The notes beneath the pieces are model-generated. The model made no database searches. It was not told the origin of the DNA and saw only the letters and a program-made list of their open reading frames with translations. DNA of 64,000 nt from an uncultured Candidatus Bathyarchaeia archaeon (GTDB taxonomy: Archaea; Thermoproteota; Bathyarchaeia; Bathyarchaeales; Bathyarchaeaceae), in contig CAZKWF010000002.1 of assembly GCA_964556565.1 (NCBI GenBank), positions 41,499 to 105,498 of the forward strand, given 5' to 3'. This document shows positions 55,667 to 64,000 of this stretch, one piece after another. The position numbers were made by a program, and so were the translations under genes. Each line of letters begins with the position of its first letter. Positions within the stretch are counted from its first letter, which is position 1.

Positions 55667-56842
55667 TTGCAATCATGTTGCCATAATGTTTGGAGGTTTG
55701 CTTGGTTGAGTCAACCTGCACGAAGAATCCATCTCTATAGGTTTCACAGTCAAAAGGGCAAAATGTCCCTGTTTGCCGGATTTGAAATGCCAATGTGGTA
55801 CCGAGGAATCGTCTCGGAGCATATGGCTGTACGAAATAAAGTGGGGATTTTTGATGTTTCGCACATGGGGCGAACACTCGTCACTGGCCCAGAAGCCGAA
55901 GCTTTTCTGAACTACGTAACAACCAATGACGTTGCAGCACTGTCACCTCTTTGCGCACATTACTCATTGATGTGTAATGAACAAGGCGGCATAATAGACG
56001 ACTTTGTCCTATCTAGACTAGAAGAAGAAAAGTTTCTTATGGTTTACAACGCAAGCAACCGAGATAAAGATTTTAAGTGGCTAACTGCACATTCTCGCGG
56101 TTTCAACGTTAACGTCAAGGAAAGCTCAGATAGCATAGCTATGTTTGCGGTGCAAGGTCCAAAGGCAGAAGAAACACTACAGAAAATATCTGTTGAAAAT
56201 CTAAGCAGAATCGAACGATTCAAGTGTGGCTGGACCAAATTAGCTGGAGTCGACGCTTCTGTTTCAAGAACAGGATACACAGGAGAAGACGGGTTCGAAG
56301 TCTTCGTATGGAACACTTCTCTTTCGAATCCTCATAAGGCTGAAAGGGTGTGGAACGCTGTCTTAGAGGCGGGTCAAGAAGCGGGGATAGAACCATGCGG
56401 ACTAGGTGCTAGAGACACACTTAGACTGGAAGCTGGCATGTGTTTATACGGCAACGAAATCGACGAAAATACTAACCCTTTTGAAGCAAGGCTGAGCTTT
56501 GTTGTCAAACTTAAGAAAGGAAACTTCATCGGCAGAGATGCATTGATAAGACGGAAAGCTGAGGGTTTGAAAAGGAAGCGCGTTGGTATACGAATGTTGG
56601 AAAGGGGGATTCCTCGCCGGCATTGTGAAGTGTGGAGAAATGAAGAAAAAGTGGGGCTGGTGACCAGTGGAACATTGTCCCCAGTGCTTAAATGCGGTAT
56701 AGCTATGGCATATGTTTTCAAGGAAAATGCAATTGATGGCGAAAAAGTCGTGGTAGAGATACGGAATAGACGCGTAAAAGGGGAAATCGTTAGGTTTCCT
56801 TTCTATGACACCACGCAGTACGGTTCCAGAAGAAAAGTATGA
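55667..56842 (+). CDS. gcvT: glycine cleavage system T protein (aminomethyltransferase)
   Basis: [33 protein letters not shown], and [10 protein letters not shown]. The start is likely TTG 55706 rather than 55667. Confidence 0.85.
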   Translation: MQSCCHNVWRFAWLSQPARRIHLYRFHSQKGKMSLFAGFEMPMWYRGIVSEHMAVRNKVGIFDVSHMGRTLVTGPEAEAFLNYVTTNDVAALSPLCAHYSLMCNEQGGIIDDFVLSRLEEEKFLMVYNASNRDKDFKWLTAHSRGFNVNVKESSDSIAMFAVQGPKAEETLQKISVENLSRIERFKCGWTKLAGVDASVSRTGYTGEDGFEVFVWNTSLSNPHKAERVWNAVLEAGQEAGIEPCGLGARDTLRLEAGMCLYGNEIDENTNPFEARLSFVVKLKKGNFIGRDALIRRKAEGLKRKRVGIRMLERGIPRRHCEVWRNEEKVGLVTSGTLSPVLKCGIAMAYVFKENAIDGEKVVVEIRNRRVKGEIVRFPFYDTTQYGSRRKV

Positions 56843-56855
56843 CTGAGCCTTGCTC

Positions 56856-57629
56856 TTATGAAATATAGGTAATTCGCTCTTCTTCCATTCTACGCATTTT
56901 CGATGAATAAATCTCTCTTCGCCTCTCGATTTCTCGCATTCTCTCCACGATTTTCTTAGACTTCTCTATTTCCTCATCCAGCCTAGTCAAATCAACTTTT
57001 ATCTTCAACATTTTTCGTAAAATGCTAAGAATGCTTTTGGCTGCTTTTGGATCTGGCAGATAGCCACGGGTTTCCCCTAAGAGGCAAAGTGCATTTATGT
57101 TCCTAAATCTTGCCAGACCTAAGAGTAGCCCAGCTGTTCCAACAATTGGATTTCCCGCAGGACTGGTTGATGCCTCCGCCTCCAATGCTTTTTTCAAAAG
57201 CTCAGAATTGGTTGACACCGCTACTACCTTTGGCGTCTCTTCCGGCTCTTTCCGATACCCTCCAATTGTGACTATTGTTTTTACGTCGTGTTTTTCAGCA
57301 AAGTCTAGTATGCAGTCGGCTACGTCATATTGTCCCTCGATTGTTTGTGCTTGGCTGTCTCCGGTTAAGAAAATGAAGTCGTTTTCTCCAGCTTCGTTTT
57401 TCCAGAAGTAGAATGTTCCATGAAGTAGTCTTACGCTTCCTTTCTTGCTTACAAGAACGTAGTAGGGAAAGTGGGGTGAATATAGTTCTGCGAGTTTTTT
57501 GGCGTTTAATTGTCTAGCGAGATACCGCGTGGCTATTCTTCCAACCATTCCTAATCCAGGGAGTCCCTCTACTAGAATGGGATTTTTTAACTTGATCTGC
57601 GTTTTTTCCTTTACATGCGTTGTTTTCAT
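56856..57629 (-). CDS. PAC2-family (proteasome assembly chaperone-like) protein
   Basis: LKNPILVEGLPGLGMVGRIA is the PAC2/DUF75 N-terminal signature. C-terminal coiled coil. Confidence 0.75.
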   Translation of the reverse strand: MKTTHVKEKTQIKLKNPILVEGLPGLGMVGRIATRYLARQLNAKKLAELYSPHFPYYVLVSKKGSVRLLHGTFYFWKNEAGENDFIFLTGDSQAQTIEGQYDVADCILDFAEKHDVKTIVTIGGYRKEPEETPKVVAVSTNSELLKKALEAEASTSPAGNPIVGTAGLLLGLARFRNINALCLLGETRGYLPDPKAAKSILSILRKMLKIKVDLTRLDEEIEKSKKIVERMREIERRREIYSSKMRRMEEERITYIS

Positions 57630-57793
57630 TTCAGCTTCAAACCTCGCATTGCCCGCCTATATTTCGCATATCTATCGTCAGGAGAAAATTTTGCCGGATG
57701 AGGGATACGCACGTTTCCTCCGCAGTAAGGACATTTTTCTAGCTTTAACGTGTATTTTTTGCACTTTTCACATTTTCTAAGCAGCCAGACCAT
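57626..57793 (-). CDS. nop10: H/ACA RNP component Nop10
   Basis: Not in the ORF track (55 aa). Translation: MVWLLRKCEKCKKYTLKLEKCPYCGGNVRIPHPAKFSPDDRYAKYRRAMRGLKLK. Overlaps the aIF2-alpha stop (TAATG) and the PAC2 start (ATGA). Confidence 0.85.
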   Translation of the reverse strand: MVWLLRKCEKCKKYTLKLEKCPYCGGNVRIPHPAKFSPDDRYAKYRRAMRGLKLK

Positions 57794-58584
57794 TATTTTT
57801 CCCTTTTAAAGGTGCCTTGTCCGCCAGCCTTTGCTATTTTTTTCAGGGCTATTTTTGTGGCTTTTTCAAGGATTTTTTCAGCCTCTTTGTAGTCTTCAGC
57901 TAAAACATCAATGCGATATTTAGGTGGGGAAATTACGTGAATATGAACCTCAGCTTCTTCAGAATCCTCAGCTTTTTGAGCACTTGATAATGCGTCTCGG
58001 ATTTCGGTTACTCCGTTGGGCTTTGTGCATTCAAGCTCTAGTATTCCTTTTATTTTTACCGTAGGTATTCTGATTCTTTCTTTTGTAATTTCCTCAAGAG
58101 TTGTCGCTATGTCTTTAGGCACACCTATCTTCAGTAGGATGTCTGCTCCGTCTTTTGCAGTTTTTTCTAGTCCTTCATATATTCCTCCAAATTCTTTTTC
58201 GAGCAGAACTCCAGCTTTTTCATAGATTTCTTCCGGAGACATTTTTAATTCTTCAGAGGCGCTCTCCAGCAGGGTGTCTGCTTTTCTTTCTTTTTTCCAA
58301 AAGAGAATTTTTTCTTTTTTCTCACGTCTTGTAACTCTTCTAAGTGAGAGATCTACTTGCTCCTTTTCTACGTTGACCCGTAGAACCTTCAATACAACTT
58401 TTTGTCTTTCACGCACGAAATCGCGGATATTTTTAACCCATGTTGTGGAAAGCTCGGATATATGGAGTAGGCCTCTTTTGTCATACTCATCTAATGCGAC
58501 ATAGGCACCATAACTTGTTACTTTTTCAACCGTTGCGATTACGAGGTCTCCTACCTCTGGCCATTCCATTTTTCTAAATGCCAT
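57793..58584 (-). CDS. eif2a: translation initiation factor 2 alpha subunit
   Basis: S1 domain WPEVGDLVIATV..YGAYVALDEY..GLLHISE, followed by the aIF2-alpha helical and alpha-beta domains. Confidence 0.9.
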   Translation of the reverse strand: MAFRKMEWPEVGDLVIATVEKVTSYGAYVALDEYDKRGLLHISELSTTWVKNIRDFVRERQKVVLKVLRVNVEKEQVDLSLRRVTRREKKEKILFWKKERKADTLLESASEELKMSPEEIYEKAGVLLEKEFGGIYEGLEKTAKDGADILLKIGVPKDIATTLEEITKERIRIPTVKIKGILELECTKPNGVTEIRDALSSAQKAEDSEEAEVHIHVISPPKYRIDVLAEDYKEAEKILEKATKIALKKIAKAGGQGTFKREK

Positions 58585-58597
58585 TTTCTCTCCTCAT

Positions 58598-58801
58598 TTA
58601 CTCAAGCACCGCGACAACTTCTCCCTTAATTGCAACCTTTCCACTAGAGGGTTTGGCAAGCAGAGCTCCACAAACATTGCAGTGAACGATGTTCGTGGAA
58701 TGGCTGAAGACTGTCTGCTCGTTTCCACAGTCGGGGCATTTTACTCGAAGGAACCTGCTTCTAGGTTTTGGTATTAGTTCTTCCCAATCACTCATTTTCA
58801 T
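58598..58801 (-). CDS. rps27e: ribosomal protein S27e
   Basis: [29 protein letters not shown] is the S27e zinc ribbon. Confidence 0.9.
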   Translation of the reverse strand: MKMSDWEELIPKPRSRFLRVKCPDCGNEQTVFSHSTNIVHCNVCGALLAKPSSGKVAIKGEVVAVLE

Positions 58802-58806
58802 CCCTT

Positions 58807-59082
58807 CTATTCAAAGTCTAATTTTTTGAGACGCATTCCTTTCTTGTGTCTTGTGTAACTACAAGTTTTACATGTAAGTTTTAATGTTTGTTTTTTCGTT
58901 GTTTTGGCAAATTTTCTTTGAAGCGCGTATTTTTGCCCGCCATACCCTTTCTTTTCACGTTCATGTCGTCGTTCGCCCTCGGCCAAAGCCCGCCTCTTCC
59001 CAGCTTTATAGAGAGCGACCGAGTGAAGCTGATGGGTTTTACATTTCGGACAGTATGTGGTGACTTCCTTAGGTGTTTTCAT
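58807..59082 (-). CDS. rpl44e: ribosomal protein L44e
   Basis: [18 protein letters not shown]...GYGGQ...LKLTCKTC matches L44e. Confidence 0.9.
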   Translation of the reverse strand: MKTPKEVTTYCPKCKTHQLHSVALYKAGKRRALAEGERRHEREKKGYGGQKYALQRKFAKTTKKQTLKLTCKTCSYTRHKKGMRLKKLDFE

Positions 59083-59376
59083 ATGGATCTGCCAACTAAA
59101 TCGGTATAGAACAGCCCACTTAATTACTATTTAAATGCTTCTGGGCACAGATTTAAACACTCCCCCATTTTTGCATTCTCCTTTTGTATGGCTGTGGTTC
59201 TTGCCCATGTTAAGGCCAGAAAGCCCGTAGAACAGAATGATAGAAAAAACGCGTAAACCCCATAAATCTAGGTATACTGGTTTCCACTCTCTTCTATATC
59301 TACACCGCACAGACGCCAATTTGCTTAAATGCGCAACGTGTGAGTTGCCGTTTCATCTCCCGTGCTAACCATGATT

Positions 59377-59928
59377 TCAGTCTTTTGCTTCTACTTCTAC
59401 AGCTACACCTTGTTTAATCAGGATTCGAGCATTTTCAGAAGGTAGAGTTGCTATATTCTCTGGCTTGAACGGCCCATACGTCTTCATATCAGACCCGATT
59501 ATAGCTGGAATTTCTTCAAGAAAGCGCACCAACTTCTTTTTTGGCTTCTCCTTTCTTTTCACGTGTGGCAGGCGCCCTCTGAGAATTTCTTTCACCACCG
59601 CTTGATACGACTCGGCTAGCGGCGAAATCTCTTCTATGAATTTTTCCTCTTCTTCGGTTAAACTTTCTCTGGGCACGATTTTTCCATTTATGGTTTTTCG
59701 GAAAGTCTTTTGGTAGCGAAGTTGAATTAATTCATCAACCATTTTTTTGGCATTCGTAAACTCACGTTGCATGAGTCTGGCTTTTGTTGTTTTTTCATCC
59801 ATCATTCGGCCTTCTTCTTTTATTTTTTTCATGTAGTCAGCTAGCTTCGCGTAGAAATCTCGAGGAAGCATCTGAATCTCAATGTTTTCTCTTTCTTTTT
59901 TCCATGCTTCATAGAGCTTGTCGTACAT
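59377..59928 (-). CDS. GINS subunit (Gins15/Gins51-like)
   Basis: Helical N-domain (LYEAWKKERENIEIQMLPRDFY) plus a small C-terminal beta-domain. Sits immediately downstream of priS, as in other archaea. Confidence 0.6.
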   Translation of the reverse strand: MYDKLYEAWKKERENIEIQMLPRDFYAKLADYMKKIKEEGRMMDEKTTKARLMQREFTNAKKMVDELIQLRYQKTFRKTINGKIVPRESLTEEEEKFIEEISPLAESYQAVVKEILRGRLPHVKRKEKPKKKLVRFLEEIPAIIGSDMKTYGPFKPENIATLPSENARILIKQGVAVEVEAKD

Positions 59929-59930
59929 GG

Positions 59931-61058
59931 TTATTCCTCCATTTTCGCCCTTCCTTTACACAAGAGCAACAAGGCAGCAGCCGTTGGTAGTTCAATCGTT
60001 TCTTCTTGATAGGGGCCATAAGTTTCATCTCCTAATCTAAATTGAGGAGCATCTGCTGCCGTGACCACTACTGTACCTTCTTTGAACGCAACAGCGCTTT
60101 TAAAGGGGTCGAAGTGTTCGATGCCGACGATTGGAACCATAATTTTTCGCAAACCTGTTTTTCCATGTAACGTGTTACTGAGTCTTAGTAGTCGATGAAT
60201 ATCCGTTGTAACCACGGTGTCAATTTTTGCTGATTGCTTCTCTATCCCATGTTGAGCTATCTTTTTCCAGCTCTCAACGCCTACGTCTTTTATGATTCCC
60301 CAAGGCCCTTTTCCTTTCCAGCTTTCCAACAGCGTCTCTCTATGGTTAACCAGAGTAGCGGCGATCTTTTTTCTTAATCCTATTTGTTGTAATTCTTCTG
60401 GAGTAGCTGACAGAAGGAACTCGTAGGTTCCCTTAGCGATTCTTCCTTTCCATCCAGAATCATTCAAGTCTGGGCCAGTCAGTATGCGCGATTTCTTTTC
60501 GCTTCTTTCTCCTAAACCGTGGAACCGAGGTTCTAACCCTATCCCTATGACGTAGTCTACTATTTCTTTGCGAGCCATTTGATCGAGTGCTTGAACTTCC
60601 CCGCTTTCCACACAAACATGATAACCACGATGCCCCGAAAAACTCACCTCCATTTCTTCTGGGGAAAAACCGAAGTCCCTCATCAGAAAGTCTACAAGTT
60701 TCATCGTTTCCGTCTTTGCAGACCCCAAACAGACTTCACATGGCCAAGTTTTTTCATCAAACTTCTGTTCTCCACAGGCAGGACAGTTTCTAGGCGTAAC
60801 ACCTCGGCCAGCAGCACCACAGTTCTTACAGACCCATTTGTCGTGGTCTTTCTCGCAAGGAGTTGGAATATGATCTGCGTCGATGTCAAAGATTAAATCT
60901 GCTCCCATCCAGCCTTTTTCTTCCATTTTCTCTTCTGGCCTTGCATAATAGGCACTTGAATAGTAAACATCCGAGGGAACTATCATTTTTAAAAACGACT
61001 CGAGGGCTTTCACGTTTTTGAAGCCTTTATGCCTGACCATGACTCTTTCCTTAAGCAA
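59931..61058 (-). CDS. priS: DNA primase small (catalytic) subunit PriS
   Basis: Catalytic LIFDIDADH, a Zn knuckle (CKNCG...CPACG), and SGHRGYH. Conserved N-terminal coding sequence continues in frame upstream to 61190 without ATG/GTG/TTG (see findings). Confidence 0.85.
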   Translation of the reverse strand: MLKERVMVRHKGFKNVKALESFLKMIVPSDVYYSSAYYARPEEKMEEKGWMGADLIFDIDADHIPTPCEKDHDKWVCKNCGAAGRGVTPRNCPACGEQKFDEKTWPCEVCLGSAKTETMKLVDFLMRDFGFSPEEMEVSFSGHRGYHVCVESGEVQALDQMARKEIVDYVIGIGLEPRFHGLGERSEKKSRILTGPDLNDSGWKGRIAKGTYEFLLSATPEELQQIGLRKKIAATLVNHRETLLESWKGKGPWGIIKDVGVESWKKIAQHGIEKQSAKIDTVVTTDIHRLLRLSNTLHGKTGLRKIMVPIVGIEHFDPFKSAVAFKEGTVVVTAADAPQFRLGDETYGPYQEETIELPTAAALLLLCKGRAKMEE

Positions 61059-61362
61059 GATAAAACCGAACTCACGCCTTTCAATAGTAGAGGGCGGTTG
61101 AATATCAGATGAATGCTTATGATAATATTCAGCGAATTTCTCTCGAACAAAACGTGGTAAAGAGAAAGGTATGCGTATTCCTCCCGGGAACTACATCACA
61201 GTTTGTTATCAACCCATCCCTAGTACAACGATGGATAATTACGTTTCGACGAGTCCTTCTGTTCTAAACCCAAACTAGACTCGTTAAATGCGCTTAATCA
61301 CTGCTACATTTGTGACACGCTTACGCCCAGCCTTTCAGTAGCAGTTGCCCTTGTAAAAGCGT

Positions 61363-62280
61363 TTAGGCACGCAGGTTTTCCATCTTTTCCACCTTTTCCA
61401 CCGGAGTCTTTCTTCGTACAGTCCTTAATTTCCTTCGATAATAGGCTAGAGGATGGCGTATTCTTTTGCATATGGCATCCATGCTGTGACAGACTCCGTG
61501 GGTGCGTAGCGTGTCGCAACGAGGGGGAATATATTTTGTTCGGGATCCTCTTCCGCCAGCTATGTGTTCAACTTGATATCGGGTTAGTCTTTCGTTGAAG
61601 TCGGAGACTGAGCTGAAGAGGTTGACAACGTTTTTTGTGGTCATGCCTATGTTTATTAGGAATGATGTTAAGGCGAAGCGACCGATGTGGGAGACGTTGC
61701 GGCCGGACGCTATTGTGTCATATAGTTCTTTTATGCATGGTGGAAATGCGTTTACAATTACTTCTTTGGGAAGTTCCTCTAGTTGGATTTCTCCTCGTTT
61801 TTCTATGAACAGTTGTTTTAGTCGGTTTATGCGGTTCATTACCGCTTCAGGTAGCGATCCTATTTTTATGTCGAGTTTTCCTTCTATGTGCTTTCGTACT
61901 TCTTCTTCTAAAAGGCGTGCTACTTCACTTTTTATTAGGTAAACTTCTCCTTTTAGCATGCACCTGTTGATAAGTTTCCATTTTTTATCGTGAAAAATTG
62001 TTGCGCTTTTTAAAAAGTCTGTGTAATGGAGTGCAAAATCGTAGGTTAATGAAACAGCAGGGTCTTTGACGGGTTTTATCTTCCAGTTGAAGTTGTTTGC
62101 GATATGTGCGATGCTGTCTTTGTTTTCGTTTCCAAGTAGGTTAGAAACTCGTTTTGCTTCTGCTAGTGCGTATCTTCTTTTGATAAATGAATCAGCCGTT
62201 GCGGCTGCCATCATTACGGCTATTGGAAAGGAGGGGATTTCGATGTCGTCGTTGGATGATTGTTCGGTTACTAAGCCCAA
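61363..62280 (-). CDS. priL: DNA primase large subunit PriL
   Basis: FPPCIKELY and the C-terminal FeS-domain cysteines (YIPPRCDTLRTHGVCHSMDAICKRIRHP). The PriL-like N-terminus continues in frame upstream to 62463 (see findings). Confidence 0.85.
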   Translation of the reverse strand: MGLVTEQSSNDDIEIPSFPIAVMMAAATADSFIKRRYALAEAKRVSNLLGNENKDSIAHIANNFNWKIKPVKDPAVSLTYDFALHYTDFLKSATIFHDKKWKLINRCMLKGEVYLIKSEVARLLEEEVRKHIEGKLDIKIGSLPEAVMNRINRLKQLFIEKRGEIQLEELPKEVIVNAFPPCIKELYDTIASGRNVSHIGRFALTSFLINIGMTTKNVVNLFSSVSDFNERLTRYQVEHIAGGRGSRTKYIPPRCDTLRTHGVCHSMDAICKRIRHPLAYYRRKLRTVRRKTPVEKVEKMENLRA

Positions 62281-62458
62281 GAGAATGGCTTCTTCTATCC
62301 GTTTTTCAGCGCGGTCTAGTATGGATCTGTATTCTGGGCTTGTTAAGTCGCTTATCTTGATGTCCAGTGTTTTTACGTATTTGGCTGCCTCTGGAACAAA
62401 AGGGTATTTGGCCCAGTCACTTTTTGTTAGTGGCAGTTTCCCTTCCCTGCCGTAGTTG

Positions 62459-63214
62459 TTACTCTACTTCTATGCGGGGAGCCAAAAAGAATGATAGTTT
62501 TCCTTCTTTTTGCTGTTTAAAGTCTAGTTTCACGGGCATGTCTGAGGAGAATTCTAGCGTGACGATGTCTGACGTTGCTGCTGCGGCTTTAACAATTTCG
62601 GAAAGGTAGCTTAGGCTGAAAGTGGCTTTCGAGTTCTCTTTTGTTTCTAGGTCGAGGAGTGCGTCGCTTCCTTTCTTCATCTCTATTGTGGCGCCCATGA
62701 GGTCTCCTGTTGCATTCAAGATCAGCTTTTCGTTGTCCGCCTGAATTCGAACGTGGTCACTCACTAGAACGGCGTCTTCGATCGCTTCACGCAGCCCTTC
62801 AGTGGTTGTCTTTGCTTTTGCGTTGAAGGCGACTTTGGGGGTGGGAACCTCTTCTTCTACTGCTTCTAACGTGGGCATGTTGAACGCACGCGTGTATTTC
62901 CCTTTGATAGTTATTTGTAGTCGCCCAGTCTTTTCATCCAATGAAAGTTCGACGGATTCGTCTTTTCCCGCACGCCTGAGCAGTTTTAGCAGTTCGCTCA
63001 CGTTTATGCACATTTTCATAGTCTCGCTGGCGGCGTATTCATCGAAGACTGTTTTTGGCCATTCGAAGTCTATCATGGCTACACGTGACGGGTCCATTGC
63101 GCGGAGTTTAATTGCGTCTGGGGTTATGTCGAATGTTGCCTCGTCGATGAGTGTTGAAATTGTGGCGACCATATCTTTCAAGAATTTTGCGTCGGCCATT
63201 TTAACCTTGAACAA
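62459..63214 (-). CDS. pcn: DNA polymerase sliding clamp PCNA
   Basis: Start is probably TTG 63214, with GGAGG 7 nt upstream (MFKVKMADAKFLKD). PCNA fold sequence throughout. The track ORF extends to 63256. Confidence 0.9.
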   Translation of the reverse strand: MFKVKMADAKFLKDMVATISTLIDEATFDITPDAIKLRAMDPSRVAMIDFEWPKTVFDEYAASETMKMCINVSELLKLLRRAGKDESVELSLDEKTGRLQITIKGKYTRAFNMPTLEAVEEEVPTPKVAFNAKAKTTTEGLREAIEDAVLVSDHVRIQADNEKLILNATGDLMGATIEMKKGSDALLDLETKENSKATFSLSYLSEIVKAAAATSDIVTLEFSSDMPVKLDFKQQKEGKLSFFLAPRIEVE

Positions 63215-63400
63215 CGATAATCCTCCTTTAACGCTTACTTTTAATCTTTCAGCCATTTTAATCTTTACTTGTTTCCATCTTGCTCGTTCAACTTCTATTC
63301 TAGGTTGATCGCGCTAGGGTTGAACTCGAAATCAATGACACAACAACGTAAACATCTCGGTATGATTGCACAAAGAAGTGGGTCTCGCAAAAGCTTTGTT

Positions 63401-63745
63401 TCAGCTGTATTCTCGGAAAGTATGGTTACACTTTGTACAACGGAAAAATTGTGTAGAAGACTCATCACTCCCCCGAGTCTGCACCTGCCACGCATAAGCC
63501 AACATATTCCTACACTTAGGGCACTCAACTCTAACAGTAGGCAAAGTCCGCAACTTCTGCGCCTCCTTCCCAATTACAACCACACGCTCCTGAGGCCCAT
63601 GCTCTATAACCTTTGGGGTAGCCACTATTTGCACCGCTCGTTTCTTATAGCCACACTTTGGGCATGAAAGCGCAACAGTGACCTTACTTCCCTTTTCCTT
63701 TCGGGTTGGAGTCAGCCGCATCCCACATTTGGGGCAAAACTCCAT
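63401..63745 (-). CDS. tfs: transcription factor S (TFS) / RNAP subunit M family
   Basis: N-terminal Zn ribbon FCPKCG...CPKCG. C-terminal TFIIS-type ribbon CPKC...QTRGSDESSTQFFRCTKCNHTF. Confidence 0.85.
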   Translation of the reverse strand: MEFCPKCGMRLTPTRKEKGSKVTVALSCPKCGYKKRAVQIVATPKVIEHGPQERVVVIGKEAQKLRTLPTVRVECPKCRNMLAYAWQVQTRGSDESSTQFFRCTKCNHTFREYS

Positions 63746-63787
63746 AATATATCACCATTCCGTTCACTTCCCTTACTTTCGCGTCTT

Positions 63788-64000
63788 TTAAATCTTTTCT
63801 TTCGATTGGGTTAACCCGGATGCTATGATGTGCGCCACTCGCAACGCTTCGGGAATATTGCTTCGTGTAGATGTACTCTTTAGAATCTTCTCGGCATCCT
63901 TTTCCGAAATTCCCACAATCTGCACATACACGGCTTGTTCAGCGTCTCGCGTACGCACCTCTATTAGCTTTCCAGCATTCTCCATTGCTTCCAACCTTTT
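63788..64000 (-). CDS. hypothetical protein, possibly 5' truncated by the window edge
   Basis: The frame stays open to the window end upstream of the TTG at 63994. The C-terminal sequence ...IPEALRVAHIIASGLTQSKEKI is not confidently assigned. Confidence 0.3.
   Translation of the reverse strand, partial: KRLEAMENAGKLIEVRTRDAEQAVYVQIVGISEKDAEKILKSTSTRSNIPEALRVAHIIASGLTQSKEKI

Noticed and set aside
59083-59376. A 290-nt gap with a 62-aa ORF (59131-59319). I also looked here for C/D-box or H/ACA sRNA signals.
   Set aside because: The ORF has poor, low-information sequence and no SD. Only an imperfect C-box-like string (AATGATAG) is present, with no paired D box or guide arrangement I could support.
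1-64000. A whole-window scan for CRISPR arrays, rRNA genes, transposases/IS elements and toxin-antitoxin pairs.
   Set aside because: By eye I found no regularly spaced direct repeats, no rRNA-like sequence and no transposase-like ORF. The only mobile-element trace is the integrase remnant at 24418-24660.

Overview
The window reads as a gene-dense archaeal chromosomal core region. The lineage is possibly a TACK/Thermoproteota-type archaeon, perhaps Bathyarchaeia-like; this is inference only. Archaeal hallmarks are Alba, TFB, TFS, PCNA, PriS/PriL primase, GINS, RadB, aIF2-alpha, and the e-type ribosomal proteins L40e, S8e, S27e and L44e. Gar1, Nop10, SRP19, CDP-archaeol synthase and geranylgeranyl reductase are also present. 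There are seven tRNA loci, one with a non-canonical intron and one degenerate tRNA-like element. Metabolic genes include succinyl-CoA synthetase, GlmS, a riboflavin/FAD cluster, class II RNR, GcvT, EtfAB with an acyl-CoA dehydrogenase, a tungsten-type aldehyde:ferredoxin oxidoreductase and a DapA-Fae fusion. Many genes are preceded by GGAGG-like Shine-Dalgarno sequences, and many overlap their neighbour by 1-11 nt. I found no CRISPR array, rRNA or intact transposon. The only mobile-element trace is a decayed integrase fragment abutting tRNA-Leu. The best candidate for an undescribed system is the three-gene cluster at 8413-11754. It encodes a small membrane Zn-ribbon protein, then a large membrane protein ending in a (Cys-Ala)n tail, then a radical SAM/SPASM enzyme with a PqqD-like N-terminal domain. 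Secondary leads are: the DapA-aldolase/Fae fusion divergent from the AOR; an in-frame TGA in the isoaspartyl methyltransferase gene; primase subunit genes whose conserved N-termini lack canonical start codons; a recurrent alternating purine-pyrimidine motif just after stop codons; and a Clp1-kinase/YqgF-like nuclease pair. All functional calls come from reading the translated ORFs. No database search was run.
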